Notes: generated by a model from the letters alone, not told the origin. A DNA stretch of 64,000 bases from Lepidodermella squamata (GCA_047495785.1 JBLDXI010000059.1:248001-312000); one strand, 5' to 3'; numbered from the stretch's first letter, positions 12,327 through 25,015 are shown. A program made the numbers and translations.

Positions 12327-14210
12327 GTTCATATTTCTTGCGATTTTTGCGGATGTCCTCTCCGTAATGTTTTTGAATCACGCTTCCTCGCGTGTTCCGT
12401 TCTTCATTTTGGAGGACAGTAATCAGCCGCCACTACCAAATGCTGCTTGCGAGTGATGCGATTTAGCCGACGATTCCATCCTAAGAAAATTCAAGAAAAC
12501 CATGAATTCGTGGCCTTCAAATACCGGTACGTGTGGCCGTTATAATAGCGACAAGCGTTTCCCCTGTAAACTCTAAGTACTTCGCACTGAAAAAAATATT
12601 TGAAAATAGGAAAAATCTCATAATGGAAATCGCAAAATTAACCTGACGCCCGCCGATTGTTGTTGTAGTGGTTCCGGCTGGGGTTCCAGCTGTGGAGGTT
12701 CTTCTTCGGAGCTTGACCCACTCAACGGTTCTATTTCCGACTCTTCTTGGACAACAAGCTGTTCGAAGGCTTGAGGTTGAACAAACTGGTCTTGCGATTG
12801 ATAGAACTGATGCTGTGGTTGAGGCGGAGGCGGCGGCTGAGCCTGAGGCGCAGGCCGAGGCGGGAATCCGGGCATAAAATTGATGCTTGGCATGAAATGA
12901 TAAGCTTGATGGTTGTAAGGTTGTTCTGCTTTGGCAGTGATCTAGGAGTAGTAGGCGGAAGCTGCGTCGTTGATGGCTCCTCCGGGATTACAGCCGTTGC
13001 TTTTGGAGGCCTACCACGCTTCTTTGGCGCAGGTATCGGCGCCCCCACGACGGTATTAGCGGTCGAGACAGGCTCCTGCTGAGTTTCATCGCCCTTGCTC
13101 TTCGTCCTCGAACGTGTGTTTGCTGGCATTTTATTAAGCAAATACGCGTGTGCGGATGATAAAATTGTTGAATGAATGTTAATGTGAAAAAGCCAGACCC
13201 AAATTAAGGTGGCATCATGGTGTCCTCGCTGACTATCATTATTTGCAGCCACTCTTTTAGCGCGGAAAATATATAATCCGGGCGACACGGGTTGGCACAA
13301 CTTGTCTTTGCACAACTAACGTCTTTGCACAAGTCTATTTTGCTCATTTTACTGCGCAAATGATTTTGCACAACTCCACCTTAGCACAAGTCTATTTTGC
13401 ACATAACTGGGTGCACAGATACCACCAACTCAATTATTCGAGGGGGCTAATATTTATTGGCAATTTTCATCATTGCAAGTCGTTTGCGCTTATGAATTCT
13501 TTGTTTTCTGACCCACGCTGCTAATTAATCCTCGACATCCACAAACTTGTTTTCGTTTTCAACTTGCTAACTTTGGTCGTAGCTGGGACTTGGTCGGCAT
13601 GAGCCCATGAACTTTTTCGTCGTCGACGTTGTTGGGAACTTGAATGTAATGGTTATCGGTGGAAAATAGAGGCCTAGTCAAGGCAAATGACGCAGTAACT
13701 GAGCGGTGCATCTACAGTTCTTGCTGTTTAAAATACCGAAAAAATTTCAAATACACACCGATGATACACACGGTTTATCCACGGCCCTTTTAATTCTCGA
13801 CGGCCGTGATCTCGCTCGACTGAATCTTTGGAGTCCGAAATCCCGTGTATGTTTAATCGAAATCGCTGTGGTTCATCATGATAACAAACACTCAGATGAG
13901 CTATGTTCTATGTTACTTGTCAGCGCGAGAGCAAATTATTCGCTTTTTAGCATGGAATGCTAAATTCAACCATTCGCGTAGGAAAATTACTAAAATAGTG
14001 CAGTGCGCAGAAATCACAGCATTTATTTCCAACGATTTTCATTTGCTAAAGTCACAAATCAACACAACAAAACAAATTACGTGTTTACTTTTTTGATGAA
14101 ATGATATGCTGGGTGAGCTGCTGAACTGACGTGGCGAAAATCTCGCGGCGAGATTTAGTCATGCTCCATTTTCTGCTTCAGTAGATTGAACATCGCATCC
14201 TTTGAGTTTT

Positions 14211-14616
14211 TCAACCGCCTTTGATGATGATTAGCCAAATCAACATCGAGGATTGAGCGCTTTGCGGCGCGTAGTTGGGATTCTCGCCACCAGTGCCTGA
14301 TTCCCTATCGACCGTAACTGACGGGAAACTGACCCCTAGTTGCCTAGCTAGGTCGATGTTATATGTCCATCCATCATCATCGTATTGATCGTAATTCGCT
14401 GCCGTCGCCTGATTCATCACCGGCCGTTAGCTGACGGTACATGGCCTTCAATTCGCTGTACTTATTTCGCAGCGCTTGTGCGTTAGTCATGTTAAATTTC
14501 AAGAGGCCCTGAATGTTTTCGAGAATGTTCCACAATGAAACTTGATAAATAATATATTTACGAGCCACGCATTCCGTGAGATATTCTCTTCCTTTCGAAA
14601 CCATTTCATTCGTCAC
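14211..14616 (-). pseudogene. Myb/SANT-like DNA-binding gene remnant, probably a Harbinger second ORF
   Basis: AQALRNKYSELKAMYRQL....ESGDG...W resembles the Myb/SANT helix-3 pattern; frameshifted. Confidence 0.5.
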
Positions 14617-14619
14617 TCA

Positions 14620-14872
14620 TGCGATTTGTAGTCAATAATATTGTCCGGTTTCGAAAACTCATCTTTAGCAACGGCATCGTCAGGGTGCATGGTTGAAAGC
14701 ACGATGACAGACTTGTTCGGTTTCGGAACGTAGCTGACCTTCGCTTGATCATCGAAGCAGAATCGACTCGGTTAGTAACGTTACCACCTTCTTGTCTGCC
14801 AAGGCTCACTTCACCGGCCTGAGGACACGAGGTTTCGGCACCACAATACCAGAAAATCTTGACGCCTTTCAC
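14620..14872 (-). mobile_element. piggyBac transposase fragment
   Basis: GVKIFWYCGAETSCPQAGEVSLG and, in another frame, VSYVPKPNKSVIVLSTMH...KPDNIIDY, both PGBD-type motifs. Confidence 0.8.
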
Positions 14873-15844
14873 GCACTGGAGACAAATCTACGAGGGCTTT
14901 GTTCGATCCGGCTTGGCTAGAGGTTTTGCGACGTCAGCTTTAAGGAAACGCATGGAGACCAGCTCTAACCGGCGGCGCCGTTACCGCCTCGTGCAGCATG
15001 GTCGACAAAGCGGCCAGCTGCTGGAATTTCGGAATCGCGCAGGGACAATTAGAGGCGCGATGCCCTTGTTGCCGATACTATGCGTGAAACGGCATTTGAT
15101 GACAAATCAAACTTTCGAAATAAGTGCATCTATTAGCAGTGCGAAGAGTTTTCTAGAAGAGAAAGTCCGCTTGTGTCAAATATCAGGTCTGGGTTTAATT
15201 ATTTGAAGAAAATGAGCCAATATTACTGCTCCCTCTCTTGGGCGTATGAGCTTTCAAATGCTCGTTACTGGTAGCAATGTGCTAATCATTCAATGTTTTA
15301 TGGGCTATCTTCTTTCAATTGCTGCCGGTGGTAAATTATAAAAATGTTGATAATATTTTCGAGGAAAAAAATATAATTGATTTGATGATGAAATTGATAG
15401 TTAACTATATAGATTATGTCGGGGTTAGCCCCAGGTTTTTCGAGGCAGGATTGTGATAGGTCGTCGTGGAAATCTATACGAGCGAAATCAGTCAGTTCCG
15501 AAACGGAGATGATCGAGCTGCAAGCATTACCGACATGTTTTTTCTTGAGTGTAAAAAATGCATCTATAATATAATTACGAATACGGAATAAGTTTGCTTG
15601 AAAAAAAGTCGAAACAAAAAATAATCGGGTAGCTTATGCTGCAGATGCCACCTACTTTTTCCTACCTACTATGTATTATTAATATTTATTTATTATTTCA
15701 CAGAAATATAGCGCGAATAAAGCCTGGCACGACGTAGCAGGTCTAACGAAGCTGATGGGCAATTGTTCAACAAAGCGAGTCGTGAGCCGGCGCCGGTAAG
15801 CAATGCCGGTAAGAACTTGAGGTTGATTTCTTGTTTTATCGGTT

Positions 15845-16165
15845 TTTTGCGCTTTGGGGTTTTTCAATAATGATCGCTTCGAGGTAAAAACTCGACTTCA
15901 CGCCTGTTGTTCTTGCTGCTAGTACTGTTGGCGTTAGCGAGTTATGTTTATTCGTTCGATCACTCGATGCTCCGAAATGTGTCGCCATTGAGCCTGAGTT
16001 GGCGCCTTTAGGGCCTTCCGAATTCCGAATTACCATCAGGTTGTTACTCACGATGTAAGAAACCGTTAGGTGGCCTAGGTGAAAATCTCTAGCTATTTCT
16101 AGCATTTTAGAACCCTGAGCCCGGTACTTCAGGGTTACAGCAAGCTTCATCTGCTGTGTGATCAC
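15845..16165 (-). mobile_element. Harbinger (HARBI1-like) nuclease remnant, second copy at about 21795-22050
   Basis: KLAVTLKYRAQGSKMLEIARDFHLGHLTVSYIV matches the HARBI1 N-terminal helix-turn-helix pattern; DNA is shared with 21795-22050. Confidence 0.7.
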
Positions 16166-16643
16166 TCTACGGCAGTGCTCCGCAAACTCGGCGGGGCAGT
16201 TAATCGCGGTCAGAAAGCTTGTCTTGAATGATGGCTGGATTGCGGCCGGCTGCTCCGTTTCCTTCGATCAGACCCGAAATCATCCTATTTTAGACTATTT
16301 TCAGCCCAAATCTATGTAAAATACCGTTAGCTAAAGTTCGCTTCGCTCGCCTGTAGTTTTTTAGCCTCTTGTTGCTGAGACCAATGCGGCAATCTTGAGA
16401 AGTTTTCCTCATATTTAAGTATGTTCAAGTAGGAAACAGGAGGGCCAAAATAATGTATGTGATTTGAAGCCGAGACCACCAGCAGGAGCCCTGTGGGGTA
16501 ACCTGCGGATCACAATTGTGGCCCGTTCAGGTAAAAAATATGTACCGCAAAGGATCGCTTAGAAAGTAACGCTGAAGGAATCGCTTCTGTTGACTCAAGT
16601 TGTGGGGAAGCAGTCGGCTCAGGTTGTTGAACTTTGTTTCTAA

Positions 16644-17037
16644 GGCCTGTGAAATTGACATGCTTATGTCGTAGGCTATAGTGAAATATAGGCCAACAAT
16701 ACATTGCAGTAATCAAATTTGAAATATCACCATAGCCATAAGCTATCGTGAAATCTCAACTGTCGCACTAAGTTATCACCTGTGCGACACGATTACGGTC
16801 ATGGACTGGAGCCGTCTATCGTGAAATGCCACCGTCACGCTCATGCGCACATCATTGCGGTCATGGATTATTTGAGCTATCGTGAAGTGTCACCTTCAAA
16901 TTACTTTTTTGCCGATAATTACCATCCATGGTGAGATTTCACGGTAGCTTATGGCTATAGTGATATTTCAAATTTGATTACTCCAATGTATTATTGGCCA
17001 ATATTTCGCCATTGCCTATGACATTTACAAAGGCCCC
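16644..17037. mobile_element. MITE with about 100-bp TIRs
   Basis: gtaatcaaatttgaaatatcaccatagccataagctatcgtgaaatctca at left and tgagatttcacggtagcttatggctatagtgatatttcaaatttgattac at right. Confidence 0.85.
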
Positions 17038-17504
17038 TGTTAATTAAACAACTCGGCTAAGCGCAATAGAACTCGCGGAAGAAAATTAGTCAAGAAAATT
17101 GCATGAAGCAAAAAAAATTGCGGCCGATGAAAGAGCATTACCAATGTTGGTACGGCCGGGGAAGGGTCTGATTGTATCTGCGGCCGAAGCCAAGGCTCTC
17201 CGGCCGCCAAAAATGCCGGCGGTGAAAAAAGTTTGCGGAGCACTGCTCTACAGCCTTGAACCATTTGCCTTCTAGATGGCATTCGAGCCGCAACAAGGTG
17301 GTGAAGACGGTCGACCTGACACTTCATTCGATAGTCGCGGAAGAACAGCTCAGGGTTTTGGGACTTGGCGTAGAGAAACTTCCGGCGAAAAGCGCCGGAT
17401 TCCGCATCGTCGAACCGAGGCTCTTCATGTGGCGGCAGCGAACCCAGTGCAACAAGAGGAGCTTTTCTGCTGTTGTAACCATTTTCAAACGATTTAATAC
17501 GAGT

Positions 17505-18000
17505 TAAGAGGTAAACGTAGCAGAAACCTGAGCGAGCGTAGCAGAATTAAGGCGACGTCGCACGGTGCGCGTGAAAACTGAGTATTATGTAGCGATAATC
17601 CTGTACCCTAGCAAAATTCAGAGTGAATGTAGCAACTCGGAATACTGTTTATTATAGCTGAATTCAATTAAAGACAAAATTAGTTCAACAATTAGTTTCG
17701 GCTGTCGGCGAAAAGGTTCGACTTCTTAGCCGGCTCGCCCCCACTTTTCGTAGGTTGACGAACAAGCGCAGAGGCAGTATTAGCCGGGCGGCCCCGTTTT
17801 CGCTTCTTTTCAACCAACTGCCCCAGCCTAGTCGTGTCCGGGCAGCTTTCGAATTTGAGGCGAATTGCCATACCTAGGCTGTGACAGCAAGTGTGTTCCT
17901 TAGCGTAGGTGGAGCAAGAGCGCTGACAAACTTCGGCTAGCTTTTTTTGATAGGTTTCGCATTCTTCGGGGCAAGCGAGCTCGTTTTAGCGGGTAACATG
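17505..18000 (-). mobile_element. MULE 3' end with SWIM finger, AT-hook and subterminal repeats; related copy at 23805-24300
   Basis: SCSTYAKEHTCCHSLGMA...KRKRGRPANTASAL on the minus strand; gagtgaacgtagca-type repeats at 17505-17640. Confidence 0.7.
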
Positions 18001-18089
18001 TATTATCTTGCGAGAAAAGTCTGAAAATTCGTCAAATTTCGCCCAATCCATAGTCCGAATTTGGCTTCGATAGCTGTTGGCAACAGAAA

Positions 18090-18735
18090 TTAAGGCTGAA
18101 GGTAATTGTAGTTGTAGCCGTTAATCGAGTTTTGGCTAGCCTGAAAAGCGTGGTAGGAACCAGGCAGAGGAGCAATCGTGGAACTTCTACACCGTGGAGC
18201 CTGGAAGAAACCTATAGGAACTTGGCATTGTCCCAGAGGAAGAGGGCACCCAATTTTGAGATGATTGAGACGATTGTTGTTGTTGCTCGTGCTGGTCGAT
18301 GTCCAGCATGACCTGATGGATTGCGATTTGGGCCCCACGTGGAAGGCCGCCATGCAGAGTTTTTAATTGAGCAGCTAATTCTTTCCCGAAATAAACTTCG
18401 GCTGTGTCCTCGTTCTCATAGATTTTCATAACTTTCGCAGTGACAGACGAAAATTCAGTAGACTCAACTTTCGACCGTTGACGGCGTCTTCTCAGCCATT
18501 TCCACGCGCATTAGTCCTCGCGTTAGGTGTATATTTCTATGCAGAGAAGATTTGTCGCCTATTTTAGCCGCAGCAATTTTGCTAAGCCCACTGTTCCGGT
18601 GACTTGTAACTCGCCATCTTCTGTCAGCTTACTCAACGCCATTCAAACGAGTTCTTGATTAAAAGTTCTATGTGCGAAAAATATATCATTCGATTTCCAC
18701 GATTTCCGCGGCGCTACTTCGATAGGTTGTTAATA
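18090..18735 (-). pseudogene. Decayed Harbinger-type MADF/Myb companion gene, duplicated at about 28620-29200
   Basis: EDTAEVYFGKELAAQLKTL...AQIAIHQVMLD C-terminal motif; both copies align along about 600 bp. Confidence 0.55.
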
Positions 18736-19274
18736 ACATGGCCGGGTACATTTTCAAATACGCATCCGTCTTTTACCGGATTCAACTGCTACAAATAAAA
18801 AATATGCATGCCACCGAACGGCTGCTCGATCCATGGCGCCGCAGTCGCGAATTTCTCGGAGGGTTAAGCTCGTGGCGTGTTGTTTGTTTCACAACCCTGT
18901 GTATACTGTACACCACGTACCCTATATTCCGAAATAGCGGCAGGGGTCGTAGTAAATTCAAAGAAAGAAATCAAAATAGGGTCTTATTCAGGACGTGCCC
19001 TTGTAAACGACGGTTCAAATGAACAAAAATTGAAAAATATCGAATTGAGGGCGTCGTAATATGCCACTCATCAACGTAGAGTTCATTTTCTTTTTTCTCA
19101 CTTTCGTCTTGATCTTCTTCAATGATGAGAGAGATTTTTTTCGCCGGGTTTGAACATGTGATCAAGCAACTCGCGCCCGGCCTCGCATGCCTCCCTGTGT
19201 TAAGGGATTCCCAAGCGATGATAATCCACTCGCACACCAAAGTGAGGGGTGGCGCCTTCGGCGTAATACAATTA

Positions 19275-20390
19275 CAGTAAAAGTTGTGTAAACCGGAATT
19301 TCTCTAAACCGGACGGATTTCAGTGGCTCTTGCAGAAAATGTGCATTTTACATTATAAATTTGTCGTCTAAACCGGACTTTTCCTAATTCGGAGCGATTT
19401 TTATACGTGGGAAGGTTAAAAAGTCCGGTTTAGACCATTTTTTCCTTGTTCTTAGTCATTTTCAAAGCGGTTGGAACCCGGCTTTTCCGAGGCGTAAACG
19501 TTGGTGTTGCTTTTGAATCACCACCAAAAGCTGAGATGAACCACTGCGCCACATCCGCTTATGAAATATGATGAGGATTAACTCCAGAGAGAATGATTAA
19601 CTATGATTAACTATGATTAACTCCTACTTGACTATTTTTTGTGAATAGTTTTGGAAACCACATTTGCATTGGATAGATACTTGGTGCTATACGATATCAC
19701 TTTACAAGATCTAATTGATCAGTAAATACCTATATCAAGTTTATGGATTGGGATTTTCGAGAGTTTCAGAAATTTTCGCGAAATCCATTTAAATAAAAAA
19801 TGCCGGCTAAACCTAGCCGAAACGTTTTCTTCGACATAGTTCGGCCAGGATTTAAAAATATCGACGAAAAAACGAGTCCTAAAAAGTGCGGACTCTGACA
19901 GGTTCTGATATGAGGTTCTGACTCTTACAGGTTCGGCCAAGTACGACCATTTCAAAATTATGTTCGATCAGGTTCGACTAACTGGTGCCGATATGGGCTG
20001 GTTATCTCAATGGGCTCTCAAACTGGCTAAGTCCAGTCGAACATTCCTTATTTCTTTTATTCACTTTTTCACTTCATTCACAAATCAAAACGCTCTCAAT
20101 AATTTTCCGCCATCAAAATGATGACAACTTTTTATTATGAATTGAAAAAGTGAATGAAATATAAAGACGGAATGTTCGACTGGACTTCGCAGTTTGGGCT
20201 GGGGCAGGAAATATAATTTGATTTTCATTTCTTAAATCTGATATGAACCATACCACAAATCTAAGCGCAAATAATGTTTACTTCGATTTCCTAAGCCGGA
20301 CTTAGTCCGGTGGTCGTTTAGACCGGATTTGCTCTAAACCGGACGATTTTGCCTGGCGCGCTGCTAGTCCGGTTGACACGACTTTTACTG
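19275..20390. mobile_element. pogo/Tigger-type non-autonomous element containing a small foldback MITE (about 20019-20196)
   Basis: TA+cagtaaaagttgtgtaaaccgga ... tccggttgacacgacttttactg+TA; internal TIR aagtccagtcgaacattcc. Confidence 0.85.
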
Positions 20391-20895
20391 TATGTTGACC
20401 AGCAAAATTAAGCGATGCAGCATTAAAAATAATAGCATGAGTTTTAAGTTTGGTCATGAGCCACTATTAATTCAACGGGGCCCTCGGGGAATCCGAATCT
20501 AATATCTTAAATCTCATTTTTCTTCTGCAAATTCACGTACAATAAGCAACCGTCTTAATTGATGAAACCTGCCTTAGCCTTGAGCCTAATCGGGATAAAA
20601 CTTAGTTGTTTTCTGTCCAGTCCTGTCCTGTCCTGTCCAGGAATTTCAGGAAAATAGACATATTATGAATAGTTAGGTAAAAAGTACCACAGAACCACCG
20701 CGAACTTTTTTCAATGATTTTATATCTTCTTAGTGGAACCAGTGAATCCACAATTTCCTGATTGGTCAGGGGGTTTAAAGCCTGCGATTGGTTGGTTCAA
20801 AAAGCACGCGGCAAGCACTATTTAATTTTTTCTGCGATTGCGCTATCCAAGATATGCCTATGGTGTTATGGATTCCATTGTTTTAAAGTGAAGGT

Positions 20896-20968
20896 GGGGT
20901 TGTGGCGCGATGGACGAAACGTCTGATTAAGGATCAGAAGGACCCAGGTTCGTCTCTTGGCAGCTTCG
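20896..20968 (+). pseudogene. tRNA-Arg(ACG)-derived pseudogene; anticodon now reads AAG
   Basis: gtggcgcgatgga...gtctgattaaggatcagaag..ccaggttcg follows the Arg-ACG body with several stem mismatches; followed by a T-run. Confidence 0.75.
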
Positions 20969-21039
20969 AATTTTTTTAATCATTATACCAGTAAGGAAAT
21001 ATGAAATGTAGCGGAAAGTGATTACCCTTCTGCCATCAA

Positions 21040-21112
21040 GCCGAGATAGCTCAGTTGGGAGAGCGTTAGACTGAATATCTAAAGGTCCCTGGTTCGATCC
21101 CGCGTCTCGGCG
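21040..21112 (+). tRNA. tRNA-Phe(GAA), variant or young pseudogene
   Basis: Near-canonical eukaryotic Phe sequence, but position 37 is T (gaaTa) and the T-stem has a mismatch (ccgcg). Confidence 0.85.
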
Positions 21113-21181
21113 TACCTTTCTGCGTCGTCTCTGGCTTATTCTAATTGCCATGCTAGTAGCGTGCGAAGGTTTTATATCGCA

Positions 21182-21253
21182 GGCCCGTTGGTCTAGGAGT
21201 ATGATTCTCGCTTCGGGTGCGAGAGGTCTCTGGTTCAATTCCCGAACGGTCCC
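21182..21253 (+). tRNA. tRNA-Pro(CGG), probably a pseudogene
   Basis: ggcccgttggtctaggagtatgattctcgcttcgggtgcgagagg...; D-loop GG changed and T-stem and acceptor mismatches; T-run downstream. Confidence 0.8.
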
Positions 21254-21319
21254 ACTTCTTTTTTCTTATATGAATTTCAGCACGCTATTGAAAAATTGAT
21301 CACATAATCTGGGCATATC

Positions 21320-21389
21320 TCCCTGATGGTCTAGTGGTTAGGATTCCGCGCTTTCACCGGCGGCCCGGGTTCGATTCCCGGCCAGTGAA
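21320..21389 (+). pseudogene. tRNA-Glu(TTC) pseudogene
   Basis: tccctgatggtctagtggttaggattccgcgctttcaccggcggcccgggttcgattcccggccagtgaa has about a 2-nt deletion in the 3' anticodon stem and acceptor mismatches. Confidence 0.8.
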
Positions 21390-22879
21390 AGTTTTGCCTC
21401 TGAAATGAGTTTTTTTTGCAAAAATCACTGCTTATGCTTATCGCAAAACCCTCAATCGTCTGCTTACTAGGCAGACGCTCTATCACTAAGCTAATTTCCT
21501 CTTGGCTGAGATGACCATTCAGTCCCAAATATTTAAGCTGCCGAGAGCTAATGATTCGGGCAGTCCGTCTTCTGCGGCAAAAAATCTCTCGTACGTTATC
21601 CATGAATACGCTGTAGAAGGGATGTAGGGATCTGAAGGTGCGTCGTGCGACCCAGGATAGCGCCATGTGAGCGCGGTCCTCCCTTAACACTTACGCGTAG
21701 CAAGGCGAACAGCGAGCCTCGGCCTAGTTTTCATGAGGTGAAGTTATATGCCGACGTTAAATGCATATAAGATGATGTAATGTAATATAATGTCTTTGCG
21801 CTTTTGGGTTTTCCAATAATGATCGCTTCGAGGTAAAAGCTCGACTTGACGCCTGTTACTGCTGCTGCGAGTACTAATAGTGTTAGCGAGTTACGTTTAT
21901 TCGTTCGATCACTCGAGGTATCGATGCTCCGTCAGTGTTGCCATTGAGCCTGAGTTGGCGCCTTCAGGGCCTTCCGAATTACCATCAGGGTGTTGCTCAC
22001 GATGTAAGAAACCGCTGGGTGGCCTAGGTGAAAAATCTCTAGCTATTTCTGAATAATGGCTATAACATCATATCGCTAAGATAGGCCGACGTTGAAGGCT
22101 GATCGGCAGCCGTAATGCTTGCGACAGTGCTTTCAAATATTTATAACGTCTGAATTGATTCGTGAAGTTCAGGATGATCTAATCAATTGATATTGCCAAC
22201 ACCGCATTTAGGAAAAACACTTGATAAAAATATTGATAACTTCTTCGAGAAAGGGTTCTAATGATCCCAATCGGCTATTTTCTTATGCAACTTCACGCTT
22301 AAAAAGCAATTGCTCTACGTAACGTCTTAGCGGATGAAGCTGGCCACTGCGTTAAGCCTAATCGGGATAAAGCTAGTTTGAATATAATTTTTCCAGGAAT
22401 TTCAAGAAAATAGACAAAGTACACCGCCAACTTCTCGCCTGCTTGAGGAACGTAGATTCATTCACATCTCGCAATCTTGTTGATGGATGTTTTACTGACT
22501 TTTTCGAATCGTCGTAATCGAAATATCACACCGATTCGCCTGAGGCTGTGTAAACCGCTATGTGAGTTGAACTACAGGACTTTCTTTAACCGCAGAGAAA
22601 ACGCTCATGCTTGTTGATGACAATCCAAGCAGCTGGTTTCGGCGAATTTGCTTGATCTTCTATATCTATATCTATATCTATTAAGAGTTCTATATCTTAA
22701 TTAAGTCCTGCCACGCTTCATCCGCTAGGCGAGGCGTGTCTGAAGTCACAAATAGTAAGTTTGAAAACGTGGCTACGCAGGTCGGAACAACGTGGGACGA
22801 TTTATTATTATTTAAGTTATTGCTTTCATTTGCCTAGTGTGTGTGCGTTTTATTGAGGGCAATAATTTTTACTCGCCGC

Positions 22880-23651
22880 CTGATTATTGAGTCTCTTGTA
22901 ATGCGATGATAAGATGATGCAGGACATTGGCCCCACATAGCTGATAATGTGAAGGGAAATTAATTATTTTTCTCATGAAATAAGAACGAATTGTTTCGAA
23001 AGCCTACCATGACAGAGTAACGGCTTTGTATATTTAATGAGCATTGATCCCATATATGTATCAACAGAATACAATCTTCTTTTATAATATCGCTATTGAA
23101 TATTTCTTTTTTAAGGTTGTTCTTTTACGATAATATTGTTAGTGATCGTTTGTGCTAATCAGCGACACATTACTTACTAATCATATGGCTGACCGCCTTC
23201 CATCGGTCGCCGCCGAGACGGCGTTGAGCAGAAGTCAAAAGCAGGCGCGCCGCCGCTCCCCGCTCCTGATGGCACGAAGCTGCCGAGGCAACTCACTTTC
23301 AAGGGCCTATCGGCCGCAGCCATCAGCGAGGTTGTGGCGCTCATCCGGCAGCATCGCAGCACCGATGTCTCGCTCTCCGGCGACCGTATCGAAGGCGATT
23401 TTCTGGTACTCGCAGGTGTCGTAGTCGATCCCGCCGGTCAACAATCGGCAACCTTCTCCGACCCCTCGTGGCTCTCCTGTCTCGTGGGTCTCGCCAAGCA
23501 ACAGCCCCCTCGATCCCTGTCAGCAAGCGTGTGGGTACTTCTCCCATCCGTCCAGCAGGAATGTGCATCAGGAAGAATCGAATCAAGAACCGAGCTCAAC
23601 ATTTGCTGTGAGATTTTCTTGAGTATTTCTTTATCCTGCCTTATTTATTAA
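22880..23651 (+). repeat. Dispersed repeat with an unknown ORF, copy 2 (frame open about 23195-23651)
   Basis: Homologous to 5750-6620; reading frame SIGRRRDGVEQK...LSASVWVLLPS is uninterrupted but has lost the ATG seen in copy 1. Confidence 0.8.
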
Positions 23652-23804
23652 CACTCTAACTTTACCGTCGTCGTCGGCACTAAATTTCGTTACTTAACGG
23701 CATTTAACGGCATTTTTCTTGTTACAAAATACCGTTGTCGGTAATTTGTAACGAAACGGAATAAATAAGTCAACTAATGAGCACTGTATTTAGTAAAGAG
23801 TTGA

Positions 23805-24300
23805 ATGGTGAGCGCTGCGTAATCCTGAGTGAGTTTAGCAGAAGTAGGAGAAGCGCTATAATCTGTGAGAGTGTAGCACCACCCGGTGTTATGTAGCAAA
23901 TCTGAAGTACCGTAGAGCAAAAATCTGAGTGAACGTAGCAGGTCGAAATGTTTTAATTATTTCAATCATGAATTTAAATCATTCAAAATTCAAAAAAAAT
24001 TGAATTAGTGATTTTTGGATACAACACGACGCGGTTTCGGTTCAATCTCGACCTGCTCAGCCGTGGGCTTCTTACTTCTGCGCGTTTTTGGCTGAGGCTC
24101 AGCTTCGACCTCTTCGACCGCCACCTCGGCTACGACTTGAACCTCTGCGGGTTGTCGGTGTAAAGCAGACCGTGTCTCGGCCGGACGGCCTCTCTTCCGC
24201 TTTTTTCCAACCAGCTGACTTAGTGACTGAGCCGGCCCGTAGCTGCAATGGGCTCTAGTTTGAGGTGGATTGACATACCCAGTGAGTGGCAGCACGTATG
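23805..24300 (-). mobile_element. MULE 3' end, same family as 17505-18000
   Basis: QLVGKKRKRGRPAETRSAL plus gagtgaacgtagca subterminal repeats. Confidence 0.7.
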
Positions 24301-24649
24301 CTCGAACCTTAGCTGTTGGCTAATTCTTTAGTCATCGGAGAGTGATCGGCGTAGAAGACATAGCTGAGGAGGCTGCTATTCTTGGCCTTGTGGTACTTCG
24401 GCAAATGCGTTTCAGCCTGTGATAGCAACTTTTGTGGTCAGTGCTTGATCGAAAAAAATGTATTCTTCACCCTAAATTTAAGTCAGGCTTCTTCCTGCTT
24501 AATAGTAAAACTATTGCTCGAGGTTACTTACGAGGGCGGCGCTTCGACGAAAATGAAACCAGCTCTCGCAATTCTTAATCCGGCTCTGAGCCTAAAATTG
24601 CATTTTACTGAGTTTTTAGCTTTCGCACCATTCTATCGCTAATATTACA

Positions 24650-25015
24650 TGTCCTGACACTGCATTTTTCCGAATCTTTGCGGTTTTGACTAGTTCGACA
24701 CAGATGCTCTCCCTGGTCCTGTCATATTGATTGTAGCTACATGTTGCCCTACACTTACTAGGAAAATTATTGATGCTGTGTTCCAAGATTGGTTGAAAAT
24801 CGAATAATCACTGATTCGTGAAATCGATACTTGGAATCGGCTCTGATTTCTTAAGTATAAGTGACCGTTCATAGTGCAAAATACTTGTAATAGGAAGGTC
24901 CAGCGGTTAGGCATGATATCAAAAAAATCTATATTCTAATAAAGAAGACGTGAAACTCTAGAAACCATAATTCGGTAAAATTTAGTGCCGGAGTCTACAA
25001 TTTAGTACACTTGGC
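24650..25015 (-). repeat. Non-autonomous repeat homologous to 36576-36990 (MACPF intron)
   Basis: Shared blocks such as gattccaagtatcgattt.ac.aatcagtgatt and gcaaag...gaaaaatg.agtg.caggac in opposite orientation. Confidence 0.75.

Larger units (their letters stand above)
8510..13430 (-). mobile_element. Internally deleted MULE (Mutator-like) element hosting a pogo element
   Basis: 9-bp direct repeat caattattc at 8501-8509 and 13431-13439; ttgtgcaaa-type subterminal repeats at both ends; transposase remnants include an AT-hook KKRGRPPK (about 13010), GWNRRLNR...WRLITVLQNEE (about 12400-12480) and an acidic C-terminus (12042-12270). Confidence 0.8.

Noticed and set aside
17256-17507. Possible hAT dimerisation-domain remnant (LPAKSA...VE.RLF)
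   Set aside because: Similarity is too weak to support by eye.
19465-19560. tRNA/SINE-like head on the minus strand (gcggatgtggcgcagtggtt)
   Set aside because: Only an A-box-like stretch, with no cloverleaf or properly spaced B-box.
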